Shown here: in pieces, positions 25,989-38,490 of the stretch
How positions within the stretch are numbered: position 1 is the first letter of the stretch
How the letters are laid out: each line of letters begins with the position of its first letter
Origin: Paraspadella gotoi
Taxonomy: Eukaryota; Animalia; Chaetognatha
Assembly: GCA_051294375.1 (NCBI GenBank)
Contig: CM119269.1
Coordinates: 8,181,225 to 8,245,224 of the forward strand
Direction of reading: 5' to 3'
DNA: 64,000 nt
Program-made: the position numbers and the translations under genes
Notes under the pieces: model-generated
Database searches by the model: none
Told to the model about the DNA's origin: nothing
What the model saw: the letters and a program-made list of their open reading frames with translations, nothing else

Positions 25989-28900
25989 ACTCATACACGC
26001 ATTTGTTTGTTTTATATATTGATCATATGACAATCGCATCAATGAATGACAATCATCGCATCATGATGCAATACGCAATGATTATCATCGAAATCAATCA
26101 TCAATTCCTATTACATCAATAAATTACTATTACATCAATCAATTAGTATTACCTCAATCAATTACTATACATCAATAATTCGTTATCGCATGATTCATTC
26201 GTTTTTTTCCCGGTTTTTTCATTAATTTTCTATGATAGTGGGCTCTGGCTCGATCTTGAGTCTTTTAAGATTTTTTTATTTTATGTCTCCTTCTCTCTCT
26301 CTCTCTCTCACTCTCTCTCTTTCTCTCTCACTCTCTCTCTCTCTCTCACTCTCTCTTTCTCTCTTCTCTCTTCTCTCTTTTTATGCAATAGCGACGATCC
26401 TTATGCTTTTAAGATTTTTTTAATTGCATCATTTTTCAACTTGCATAATTTTTTCAACTTGCATTCCGTCAAAACTTTATATCTAGCTTCTTCACTCACT
26501 TTCCTACCGGCTCACAAAATTTCATCTCAATCTATCATGGGTTAAATAAAAAAAAGATTCAAGTAAATGTGACTCATATTTTTTTCATTTAAACTCATTT
26601 CCACTGGTACGTTTCCACTGAAACTTTATATCAAGCTTCGTCATACGTTTTCCTACCCACACACAAAATTTCAACTCAATCTATCCATCCAATTATGATT
26701 AATTGGAGTATTTATTGGTTAAAATAAGTAAAAAGATTTTAGTAAATTCGACTTATGTTTTTTCCATTTAAACTAATTTCCACTCACACGATTCCATCGA
26801 AATTTTATATCCATTTTTATCACACACTTTCCTACCCACACACAAAATTTAATTCCAATCCAACCAGCCAGTTATTGGAGCTTTTTGCTAAGATGGGACG
26901 GATGGACGGATTGATTGACTAATTAATTAATTATTGATTAATTTATTTACTAATTGATTAATTAACTGATTAATTATTTGATTTATTAATACATCCTGCA
27001 GATACATTTAATATAAAAGGAAAAAGAAGCATAATCAATTAGTAAAACAGGTTTTTGTTTTTTTTTCATTTAAACTCATTTCCACTCAAACTATTCCATC
27101 GAAACTTGATTTCCTGTTCAATCACACACTTTCCTACCCACATACAAAATTCCAGGTCAATCAGCCCATCCACTCATGAGCAATTGGTGTTCAAATAGTG
27201 AATATATTTTTTTGTTTTTCCATTTAAACTCATTTCCACTCGGACGATTCCATCAAAACTTCATATCCAGCTCAATCACACACTTACCTATCCTCACACA
27301 AAATTTCATTTAAATCCATCCATCCAATCACGAGTAATTGGTGTTTTTTGCTAAGGTGGGACGGACGGACGGACGGACGGACGACGGACGGACGGACGGA
27401 CGGACGGACGGACGGACGGACGACGGACGGACGGACGGACGGACGGACGGACGCGGACGGACGACGGACGACGGACGGACGGACAGACGGACGACGGACG
27501 GACGGACAGACGGACGGACGGACATCATTTTTTTTGCATAATTTATCATAATTCGATGTTCTGACATGATATAAGTGTGTGCCCGACAATATTGAGGGGG
27601 CGGACCGACGGACCGAAAAAGTGAGTTATAGAGTCGGGATCTGCTGATAAGCAGATCCGACTAAAAAAAAAAGATGTTTTATTTCATTTTTTTAATATAT
27701 TTTAGGTAGAAATAACGCTAAAAGGCCCTGTAAACGAAAAGACCGGGATGGTCATAAATATCTCTGAATTGAAGGTAAATTATCCAGAATTTTATGTTAT
27801 AGTAAAGCACATTGTTTTTCCTAAGATTATTGTTTATTGAAAATAATTGTTGTAACTTTTAAGCAATTATTTGATACCTCAGTAAAAATATTTTATATAA
27901 AAATTATCACATAAATATAATTCAGGTTTTTGTCTTTTTAACCTGCTGTATCTTATTATTTATAATATAAAATTAATAAGAATGTAAAATGTAAATGTAA
28001 AAATGAATAAATTAAAAATAATTTTAAAAAAACCTTTCATTGGTACAAATGTATTCCTAATATATATTCCTAATATATATTCGAACTTTATTTGCCACAT
28101 TAAATATTTTTAATTTTTTATCTTTAACTAGACTTGTAATTTTAACTAGGGATTAATAAACATAGATTTTGTTTTTATTTAATAGTGATTTTTACTCTTA
28201 TCTTGGCATTTAGGATCTCAAAACAAAAACCATTTTTATCAGATATAAATCATACATTTCTAAAAATTTCAAAACCGAAAGGATCACCATAACCGAATGT
28301 AGTATTGAAAACTATTGATTATAAAAATTAAATATTCAGAAGAAACACCTTATGCGAGATTTGATAAAAATATCAATTTGTCAAGATAATTTTTACAATT
28401 CTTAAATTTTTTTTCACAGCAAATGATCGCTTCGGCCGTGACTGATTCTATGGATCACAAGAATCTTGATCTCGACGTTCCCGAATTCACAGTTAGTTAC
28501 ACGAATTAACTAAAATTCATTATTCTTTGAAGAGGCTTTTACACACAGAACGCTACTCACCGTCGTACATCTATAAATGAAATATTATATTTTGTTAACT
28601 TATATCACAGGCTGATTCTAGATGTTAAGAAAAAGGGTTAAAGTAAAAAAAAATCAGTTTTCCCATAGGTCTCAAGGTAGCCTCTCAGGAAATATCTATT
28701 AGCAAACTCAGTAATATTTTAGTCCGAATAATATTAATATTTTGTTTCTTAAAAAGAAATAACATAAAAAAACCTAAAACTTCTTTAAGCTCTCGAGAAG
28801 CCATGAAGGTATTCCAGAATATAAAAAATTGTCATGAAAACTCAGTTAATTAAAAAAATTTAACTTCCGCAACCATGTCCTTCTCAAAGTGTCCAGAGAA

Positions 28901-31085
28901 GGCGACGCATGCTTTAGCGACCGCGCCCACTATTGCCTCTGTCAGGAAGTTGACAGTTTTATAAGGGATGCGGGGAGTTTTCTAATCAAATTAACAACAA
29001 ATAAAACTTAAAAAATCTCTTGAGTCGAAACCAGAGGTTGCGCCAATCTCTGTCAAAGGTTTAAACCGAAGTGTTACCATAATAAAAATAATTGACAGCT
29101 GAGAATAGATTCAGTCTTTGCATACCTTAGAGGAAGACAGAAGTCTTCAAAGTACTGTGCTAATTCATTATGAATAAATTATTATTTCTTCTCTGTTTTA
29201 CATTTTCATTAATCCGGGGGATTGCAGTCAGAAAAACTATGCGGTCAAATGTTATTATGCTATTATGCTTCATATTGATTTTTTCTAAAATTTCCTAAAA
29301 TTTGATAAATGACCAGCTCAAAAAAATATGACATTTTCTGTAAAAAGCGTCAATTACAGAAGTTACTGCAAGATTTTATAGACATTTTTGATATTAATTG
29401 AAAGAGAAATGAGCCTAGTTTCCAATTATAATCGATTTTTTCTAAAATAAACTGTTTTAGTGCTGTAAGTTAGTCCCATTAGAGCTGGACCTCCCTTTAG
29501 TGTATATGATTATTATTTCACCCTTATTGTTTATACAAATTCAAGATAACCGTTGTGAAGTTCCTAATTTTTTGTTTCCCGTAAAAAAAAGACCCTAGTT
29601 TCTTTATCTTCTTCATTTTCCCATAGTGAAGCGCAGATTCCCAATGTTCATGAAAGAGAGAGACAAAGGTCGATAATTCGGAGGCAAAAGAGCACCTTAA
29701 TTATACTTATAGATGGTAGTCAGGACATTATACTAGGGCCCCTGAAGTAGTGATGTTCCGACCACCGAACTTTGCCCACACCACCAGCAATCAAATTATT
29801 TTCTTCCACACTTCTAGAATAAATTTATGTATCCCATGAGCCAAATCCGATGATACGAAAGAAACCACTGCTGTACTTTACTGAGTTGAGATAAACTTAA
29901 TCAGATTTTTTTAAATGATAAATAACTACTTGACGTTTTTTGTGTATAAATTTTATTTTAATCAATTATTATTAACAATTTCAAATCTATTTTCCCACAA
30001 AGATGGTAAAATCGCCAAAATGTCGGCATTTAATATTTGTTAAAAATTGAGTGCAATGAACAATTTTGTATTAAGTTTTTTAAGCAGTGTTACAGATATA
30101 TTGGTATTTTTTGCCCACTTTTAAGTCCATAAACCTTTTGGTTCCTGAGAGAATAATACTCCAGCCTTCATTCAAATAATTCTAGCTGGCTGACTAAGCA
30201 ATTTCCAAGACTGCTTTTTTGTGCCAAAAGATTATTGGCATGACGCTGCATAAAAGTTTTTTACCTTAATTTTTAAGGAAAAATCAGTTAGAGAAGAGCT
30301 TTCCTGAGGTTCCAACCAGTAAAATCTTTTCTTTTAAAAAGGTTTGTCAGCAGACCATTCGAATTTTGTAATGGTAAAAAATTAGAACTGCTTTTGGACA
30401 AGGTTTTTTTTTGCTTCAAGAAGAATAATTTTTTTTAGCGATGCCGAGTTTTTGTACTGGTTTTGATAGCATTTTGAGAATGTTTAAAAGCGTTTTTAGG
30501 CAATGTTTTGAAACTTTTAAAAACTTCAATTATTTTTCTTTCAATTGATGTTATAAATTTTCTTTATTGGCATATAGTTTATGTATAATTAATTTTTCCT
30601 TCGTATCATCGCATTCGGCTCACGGGGTATGTAGTATGCTGGACTAAAATCCACCAATCGTTCATCAGCGGCCATTGGTGCAGGGGGCAAGTCATTCGCC
30701 TCCCAACCCGAAGGTTCACGGTTCTAGCCCGGTGGTCGCCTTGCAGTTAAGAGGGACGGGACACTTAACCCACCCATAACGCAGTGTTACAGCCTGATCC
30801 GAAGCTCAGGGACTTCTTATATTGAACGGTTCTGTAACTATCTCAATAATTATTACTGAGTAATAAATTATAGTAAGTCTTAAATTTCTTTTTCAGAACA
30901 TGACGAGCACCGCCGAAAACATCTCCATCCTTATTTGGAACAGAATCGATCGAGATTTGAAGCTGAAATCCCTCCAAGAGCCAGATGTAAAAAATGTGCA
31001 CTTGCACGAAGTAAAAGTTCACGAAACGGATAAAAATATTGTGCTTTACCGCGGGGAGTTTTCTAATCAAATTAACAACAAATAA
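24602..31085 (+). CDS. PTS: 6-pyruvoyl tetrahydropterin synthase (BH4 biosynthesis)
   Basis: Four phase-0 GT-AG exons: 24602-24763 (FSAAHRL..FGKCNNPNGHGHNYK), 27706-27774 (VEITLKGPVNEKTGMVINISELK), 28420-28491 (MDHKNLDLDVPEF) and 30897-31085 (STAENI..VKVHETDKNIVLYRGE). Zn-binding His residues and catalytic Cys are retained. Confidence 0.95.
24818..27672 (-). mobile_element. Non-autonomous Helentron-associated (HINE/DINE-1/pearl-like) element filling PTS intron 1
   Basis: The minus-strand 5' end reads T-run-AGTCGGATCTGC-ttatca-GCAGATCCCGACT (subTIR plus IR, 27632-27662). Next come a (GTCC)n microsatellite (27358-27523) and ~5 diverged tandem units with a ~120-bp core (26470-27350). The 3' end has GCAGATCCGAC, a short gtttgctcaaac hairpin and ttgttt (24818-24849). 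Confidence 0.7.
27358..27523. repeat. (GGAC)n microsatellite
   Basis: Direct run. Confidence 0.95.
28970..29190 (+). repeat. Duplicate of PTS terminal codons and 3' UTR inside intron 3
   Basis: Near-identical to 31051-31280 (gcggggagttttctaatcaaattaacaacaaataa...gaataaattattatttct). Confidence 0.9.
30640..30840 (+). mobile_element. tRNA(Gly-like)-derived SINE in PTS intron 3
   Basis: The head at 30668-30739 has acceptor-stem pairing gcggcca/tggtcgc, A-box-like tggtgcagggg, a ctcccaa loop and B-box-like ggttctagccc. A ~100-bp body is shared with two other copies. Confidence 0.75.
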
Positions 31086-32924
31086 TAATATCTTGAGTCA
31101 AACGAAAATACGTAAGTCAAACCAGAGGTTGCGCCAATCTCTGTCAAAGGTTTAAACTGAAGTGTTACCATAATAAAAATAATTGACAGCTGAGAATAGA
31201 TTCGGTCTTTGCATACCTTAGAGGAAGACAGAAGTCTTCGAAGTACTGTGCTAATTCATTATGAATAAATTATTATTTCTACTAAGTTTAAATTTTCTTC
31301 TGGTGTGCAAAGACCGAATCTATTCTCAGCTATCAATTGAATCTTATCCTACCAGAATCATGACTCTGAAAATATATTTAAATAAAAATAATATTATAGA
31401 AAATTAACAATTCAAATATTTTTATAACTTGTATATTTATAGATTATTTTATGTTTTTTATGTTTTATATATTATTTAAAATAATATTTATTTGTATTAA
31501 AAATTTTTTTAAAGTACAAAATGCAGAAATAATTATATTTTTAAATTATTTTAAAGTACTCTAAAGAATTAAATCTAACAATGATTTTAAAATTAGATTT
31601 TTATAAATATTTGTTTATCATTATTTATTTTTATTAGTTAATTATTAAATAATTATAACAATATCATCTATTACTAACAATTTAACCATTTTAAATTAAA
31701 ATAAAAATCATAAACTATTTTTAATTTATAATGAAATTAATGATTTAATGTTTTTTATTTTTTACTTTTTATTTAAAAATTTCAGTCCGACTTTTTTATA
31801 TTAATACACTTCTTTATTATTTAGTATTATACGAATTAGTTTTAATTTTTTTGTTGTACATCGCATAATGTAATATAAAGTTTTAAATAAATTATGAATT
31901 TTTATTAACTAATCACTCATAACTTCAGAAATGTTGAATCAGCAGTTGTGAAATCAAATAATTAGAGTACCAAAAGAAAGCCCCGAAAAAAAATTGATTT
32001 AGGAAAGTTAACTTTAATGTTTTAAAAATGATAAACTAGGACCAAACTGATTCCGGGCAAGGGAAAGAATGGGTCGAAGCAAATTAAACGATTTGGGATT
32101 GAAGGACTTCAACCGCTCGTTAAAGTCCTTGCTCCATGTAAAGATGGATAGATAGAGATAGAGAGAATGTGAGAAGGAGATGTGAAGGGATCTCCATGGA
32201 GACGAGCGAACAACTAATAATAACAACGTCGATAGAAAAACGTTGAAAATTTTGTTTTTCTCCAAAAATTTTTTAGATTTTTTTTCTCCCAATTTTTTGA
32301 TTTTTTTGATTCGAAGATGAAGGTCATCGAGATCGTCGCTCTCATCGTCGTTTTCGTCGTCGTCGTGGAGGCGGCCAACCTTGAAAAAGTAAGGGCTAAG
32401 AAAAAGGTAACGGATAAGGAGATTGGTCACGTTAAGGGTAAGTTTTGTGTCGAATTATCGGCTATTCGATCTGCGGCAGGAGCAAGACAAGAATGAGAGT
32501 CTGAATGTGGGTCAAAATTAGAATAGGAATGAAAGTAAAACTGAGAATCAGAGCAAGAATGAAAAGGAGATTAAGAATGAAAGTAAGAATAAAAACGAGA
32601 GAGAATGTGAGTCAATGATAATAGAAATGAGAGGAAGGGCAAAGCTGTAGGTGGCTTTGGATCAAGAGATTGGTTACTTCATTATGGTCAGGATAAGGTT
32701 TTAGTCATTTATCGGCCTCTAATTCTGCCACAGGAGCAAGATTCCACTGATAAAGAAATAACTGAAGGCAAGGAAGCCGACGCCAAGGCAAACGACGCAG
32801 GGAATGCAAAGGCGGCCTTTTCTAGGACTTTCAACATTCCCCTTGGTCCCCGACAACTCCTTCAGAGAGTGAGATTCAGAATGATATTAAGATTTTAAGA
32901 ATGAGAATGAAAGCGAGAATGAAA

Positions 32925-33440
32925 AGGAATGAGGTTGAGAAACGGAATTTGAGTATGAATGAGAGAGAGAGAATGGAAAGGTGAGTCGTAATGAGGTTGA
33001 GAAACGGAATTTGAGTATGAATGAGAGAGAGAATGGAAAGGTGAGTCGTAATGAGGTTGAGAAACGGAATTTGAGTATGAATGAGAGAATGAAAAGGTGA
33101 GTCAAAATGAGGTTGAGAAACGGAATTTGAGTATGAATGAGAGAGAGAATGAAAAGGTGAGTCGTAATGAGGTTGAGAAATGGAATTTGAGTATGAATGA
33201 GAGAATGAAAAGGTGAGTCGAAATGAGGTTGAGAAACGGAATTTGAGTATGAATGAGAGAGAATGAAAAAGTGAGTTGGAATGAAGTTGAGAAATGGAAT
33301 TTGAGTATGAATGAGAGAGAGAATGAAAAAGTGAGTCGGAATGAAGTTGAGAAACGGAATTTGAGTATGAATGAGAGAGAGAATGAAAATGTGAGTCGGA
33401 ATGAAGTTGAGAAATGGAATTTGAGTTTGAATGAGAGTGA
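32925..33440. repeat. ~58-62-bp minisatellite, ~8 copies
   Basis: Unit aatgaggttgagaaacggaatttgagtatgaatga(ga)ngaatgaaaaggtgagtcg. Confidence 0.95.
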
Positions 33441-34369
33441 GAATGCTTGTGACGGAATGAGAATGAGAATTTCAGTGAGAATGAGTATGATTAGGGCTGC
33501 GCATCGTTCGAATCGAAGTTCTGATCAAGATTCCTTTATATTTTACTTCTATTCAAAACTGCATAGTCAAGGCCCATATAAATTATATCAATATGGGTAG
33601 ATTTCGAAAGCTTAGCGTCTTGGGAAGCCAACGGAGGTAGAGCGCGATCGAAATTCCCATTTTATCATGCCCAAAAATGGTATTTAAATGAACTGGTCAG
33701 ACCGTTTTTTCCCTTTTCCCAAAAAACCTGCTTGATTCTTTTGTAAAATAGAACAAATCATACATATCAGTATGGTTTCGGATAGCTTATTGTCTTCTCT
33801 ACTAGATAAAAAAAAGAAAGTTTAAATTCTTGCAATCTTGAATGCTTGATAAAGCAATCAAATGAACTGGTTTTTTAGGTGAAAACTGCATAGTCAAGCC
33901 TTCAATTTTTTTGTTCTAAGACCATCGAAAGAAACTGTATTGTTTTTACTATCTGTTTCAGGTAGAGCGCAGGGGTAAATTTAGAAGTTTATATTAAATT
34001 TAGAGCAAATAGAAAGGATATCAAGTTTTTGCACGCTAAAAGCTTTTTTAAGCGCGTTCCGGTCTGTATTGAAAATGGTTGACGTAGGTTATCCAATGAG
34101 ACATCAATTAAAAATAAGCATTGATCATGCGCGATCCGGGCCAGATAAAATACCATATTTCAACATGGCTTTACCGTATTTTTACGTTTAGAATGCAGTC
34201 TGTATGAAATGTTTTGAATTTCACGCCTGTGATATTGGCGTTCTAGGCATCGTTTGTCCCTTGTTAGTCTCTTTATCTTATCTCTTGAAGAGACATTAAT
34301 ATTTGTTATGTGATAGTGAAAAAAACCGTTCAATAAAATCTTAAAAGCAATAGGGATCGAGCCTACTTT

Positions 34370-35315
34370 TAATGATAACCAAATATTGATGCGATGATAA
34401 CCAAATATTGATGCGATGATAACAATATTGATGCGAAGATAACCGAAGGATTGATGCGATGATAACCAAATGATGGATGCGATGATAGTCATTCATTGAT
34501 GCGATGATAATCATTCATTGATGCGATGATAGTCCTTCATTGATCGGATGATAATCATTCATTGATGCGATGATAGTCATTCATTGACGTGACGTGACTT
34601 TGAAAAAAGTATGCATATTTTTAAAAAAAGTATGCATACTTCAAAAAGTATGCATACTTGAAAAAAGTATGCCTACTTTTTTGAAGTATGCAAACTTTTT
34701 TCAAAGTATGCATACTTTTTTCAAAGTATGCATACTTTTTTCAATGTATGCATACTTTTTTGAAGTATGCATACTTTTTAAAACTTTTTTCAAAGTATGC
34801 ATACTTTTTTCAAAGTATGCATACTATTTTGAAGTATGCATACTTTTTCTAAAATATGCATACTTTTTCAAAGTATGCATACTTTTTTCAAAGTATGCAT
34901 ACTTTTTTGAAGTATGCATACTTTTTTTTAAATATTGCATACTTTTTTCAAAGTATGCATACTTTTTTGAAGTATGCATACTTTTTTTAAATATGCATAC
35001 TTTTTTCAAAGTATGCATACTTTTTGAAGTATGCATACTTTTTTTAAATATGCATACTTTTTCAAAGTGCATACTTTCAAAGTATGCATACTTTTCAATT
35101 ATGCATACTTTTTTTCCAATTATGCATTCTTTTTTCAAAGTATGCATACTTTTTTCAAAGTATGCATACTTTTTTCAAAGTATGCATACTTTCAAGTATG
35201 CATACTTTTAATTGCATACTTTTTTCAACTTGCATACTTTTTTCAACTTGCATATCTTTTTCAACTTGCATATCTTTTTCAACTTGCATATCTTTTCAAC
35301 TTGCATACTTTTTAA
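34370..35315. repeat. Compound satellite: (gatgcgatgata..)n followed by palindromic (aaagtatgcatacttt)n, ~20-bp units
   Basis: Direct tandem arrays at 34370-34590 and 34600-35315. They are followed by a HINE-type end (acattgtttgctcaaacttgtt) at ~35348-35370. Confidence 0.9.
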
Positions 35316-36410
35316 CTGATTACCGCTAAATTATCTTAGTCAAATCAACATTGTTTGCTCAAACTTGTTCATAATAAAATAAGCCGGATTCAGATATGAC
35401 AAATTTTAAATATTAAACTATCGTCATCATCATTAGTTTAATTAATTTTATTCATTGCATCAATTTACTTACCATTATCAACCATTATCTTTTAATTATA
35501 GTTTTATTGCTATCATATTAAAATCTGTTATCATAAAATTAAAATGATTCAAAATGAAAAGTTAATCGTGAAGTGCCGATAGTGAATTCTTAATCTTGAA
35601 TTAACGTATTAAATTGAGTTAGTTTAATAGTAGTTTTGCTGGTGAGATCAGTCAATATACTTCAATTTATTACTTCTTTGGCTCTCTTGTCTTTTCCCTT
35701 TTTATTCTGTTATAATTATGTTATTTTGTGATTAATTTTGTAAGGATTCCTTTTTTCCGGGCTTTGCTTATTCTATTTTCTCTTATGAGGCCCGGTTCGC
35801 GCATAATCGCTATTATCGTTTAAAGCTTAGTACTACGGTAGTTCAAATCCTTATTGGATCAAAACGAGTTCGATTTTAAGCGAAAGTTGATCGATTTGAA
35901 GCGCGATTTTCGCGACTGTTTTATTGCCATAACTTTTGAACGCATTATCCGATTTTTATGAAATTTTGCATATAGATAGTATTTTAAATTCCCTATCGAT
36001 CGGTACCAAATTTATTTAAAAATACTCAATAGTTTAGAACGATGCACATCCCCAGTATGATAAAAAACCTCAAAGCTCCAACCCGAATTATCGCCAATTA
36101 TCTTTTACAGAAACGAACATGCGGTGGTTTTTGCAGGACAAATAAGGATTGCCTTTCCGATTGCTTCTGCTTTTGGACTTATCAAATCTTGCTGGGCTTG
36201 ATCTAACTTTTTTCTTTTTTTTTTTTCTCGTTTATTATTTATTTTGAAAATAAAAAATTCGTTTGATAAATGAAAAAAAATTATATTATTCAGAGTTTTG
36301 AGGATTAATTTAAGTGAATTTGAGGGGCTCGAAAATATAAATTGAAAATAAGGTAAAAAATTAAATAAAAAAAATGAATCAAAGTTGAACTTCAAAATGA
36401 GATGTCTTCT

Positions 36411-36866
36411 TGTAAAGTCCTGACGACCACTTATTATTCAATACGGCCCGTTCGGTCAGCGGGGCCCGTCGTCTGCTGTCCGTCGCGTGCGAAAGAAGCT
36501 GCATGTAAACAAAAGACTTTAATATTGTATAAAGAGTGTAAACATTTCTCATTCACGTTTTGGAATGGATATAAGAAAGAGCTGCTTAACTTTGTGATCT
36601 ATTGCGTTTATTACTTTTTCCTTTGCGAATATTGTGATTAATATTTATTATTTTACTGTTGAATATTCATATAGATATTACAATTGTTCGCCGGTAAGAA
36701 CAGCTGAATATCTATATGCTTTGATATTTTTATTAAGGTACCATTAAAATCAAGACGTTCATGGCATAAGAAACTTATTATAAACTTTCGGCGCCGCGGC
36801 CCGGGTTTAGAGTGTTCTTCCCGACGTCTTCTCCCTCTCCGCTAGGTCGAGGAGGGGGTTCTTTCA
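36411..36866 (+). mobile_element. LTR (TG...CA), possibly a solo LTR
   Basis: Starts tgtaaagtcc and ends ttctttca. Near-identical to 38550-39021. Flanks cttct / cttcc resemble a 5-bp TSD with one mismatch. Confidence 0.8.
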
Positions 36867-37797
36867 CTTCCATAGTCTTTGTAAACGTTGCTGTACGTTT
36901 GCAATATAATGATAACATATTTGCCTCGTACAGACCGTCTAATCATGCTGCTTCCTAAAACGAAAGAGTTGAAAAAGTGATTTCCTCCGTGAACATATGA
37001 TGACTTTTGTTTTTCTCTACGAGAGTTCCTTGACGTCTGCCGATCTGCAAAGGACTGAAAACAAAGTAGCAACACATATGAGACATTTAAAACCGTGAGT
37101 TTGAAACTAGAACAAAGTGAAAAAAAAAATCGATACAGGTGTTATAATCTTTATTACTTGTTTTTGTGTCTTTGTCTTTACCTTTTTACTCCTTTTTACC
37201 TTCTGGTTTCTTTTTTTCTTGCTTGTGTCGTGCTTTTTATTCGTGCGTCTTTGCGTATTCAATTTCGAACAAAAAATCTCGTTTTTGGCAAAACTCAGTT
37301 CGAGTCCAAATCTTCGCTGCAGCAAAGTTCAAATGAAATTCTGACCTTTGGAGAATTTTGCGTCAAATGCATATCGGGATAAAGATCTGCTCTCTACCAA
37401 TTTGCGCTTAAAAGTATTACGCCGAGAGTTCTCCTCTATCGAAAGTAAAATCATTATACGCTCGCGTCTCGAACCAACTTGTGAAAAAAAACTTACTAGA
37501 GAAGATAGATGGAGCCGCCTTCCTTTGAGGCAGCGGACGCAACAGCAAAAGCGCACTCTCAAGGAGGCACACATTACTATTACATTCTGGTCGCCTTCTT
37601 GGCAAGCGTAAGTAAGCTGTTGTGTTGCGGTGCAACATGTATGGCTGAAGGTACTAACACCGATCTGTGCAATCGCCGANNNNNNNNNNNNNNNNNNNNN
37701 NNNNATATTTATGTACTCAAAGCATAGTATTTTTCGATAATAAATTATTTAGTAATACTACAAATGCTCCCGCCTCCTTTATCGCCAAAGTCAATAC

Positions 37798-38490
37798 CTC
37801 CAAATAATCCTCTGCCGCCGCCGACGAGAAAGAGTTGACGCTGACTGACGGCGGTCAGACTCGCGTCGTCGCGAGGCGAAGGCTTCGCCGCTGAGATGAC
37901 GAGGATTTCCGTCCAAGAAGACGACTTCATGTCGAAGCACCAAAGGTCGTCGAACCAACGACTTTAAAGAATTGAATTTTGGTTAAAACTAAAAAATATT
38001 CTGTCAAAACTATCAAACTCTAATTCAACTTAATATACCTAATTTAAACAAATATATTAGCTATTACTAATGATAATCGCTATAATTTTTTTAAAATAAT
38101 TACAAAAAATATTTTTTAAGATATAACCATAAAACATTTAAAAACTGAAATTAACCTCGAATCCATTAAAATCATCCACCTGCCATCCCATCCGCCCAAG
38201 ACGTAAGCCTTCGCCTTCACCGCCGCGCATCCCGCCTCCCTTCTCGGCTTGGGTCTTGGTCCCTTCGTGTCGACGTCCGCCCATCGCTTCGTCGACGGAG
38301 AGAAGCGGACGAGTTGGTTGGTGCGACCGGACGGAGTCTCTTTCGCCGCCTTTGAGGTTCGACGCCGACGGTTCGTCGCATTTGACCGCCGAAGAAGAAA
38401 CAGTCTCTCCCGTCTGTCCACGAGCACATCCCCGCCCTTCCACTCGGCGTCAGCCCTTTGCACAAGAGTCGCTTCCAACGTCGGGACAAA
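37798..38490 (-). CDS. Kelch-repeat protein, two exons (partial gene)
   Basis: Exons ~38490-38180 and 37961-~37798 join in phase 2. They read RFSPSTKRWADVDTKGPRPKPRREAGCAAVKAKAYVLGGWDGS-RWFDDLWCFDMKSSSWTEI..KPSPRDDASLTAVSQRQLFLVGG, typical Kelch GG/W spacing. Confidence 0.8.

Noticed and set aside
30668-30739. Functional tRNA-Gly gene
   Set aside because: Anticodon and T arms pair poorly, and it is embedded in a longer unit repeated three times, so it is treated as a SINE head.
32719-32859. Minus-strand stretch reading like a tail-anchor exon (..LCIPCVVCLGVGFLAFSYFFISGILLLWQN*)
   Set aside because: No linked exon found, and it overlaps a local degenerate duplication (32420-32490 vs 32665-32740); insufficient support.
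32925-33440. Regularly spaced repeats as a possible CRISPR array, and ORF 33253-33600
   Set aside because: Units are contiguous with no unique spacers and the context is eukaryotic; it is a minisatellite.
34594-35329. ORFs with repeated KVCILF/KYAYF
   Set aside because: Translation of a palindromic satellite.
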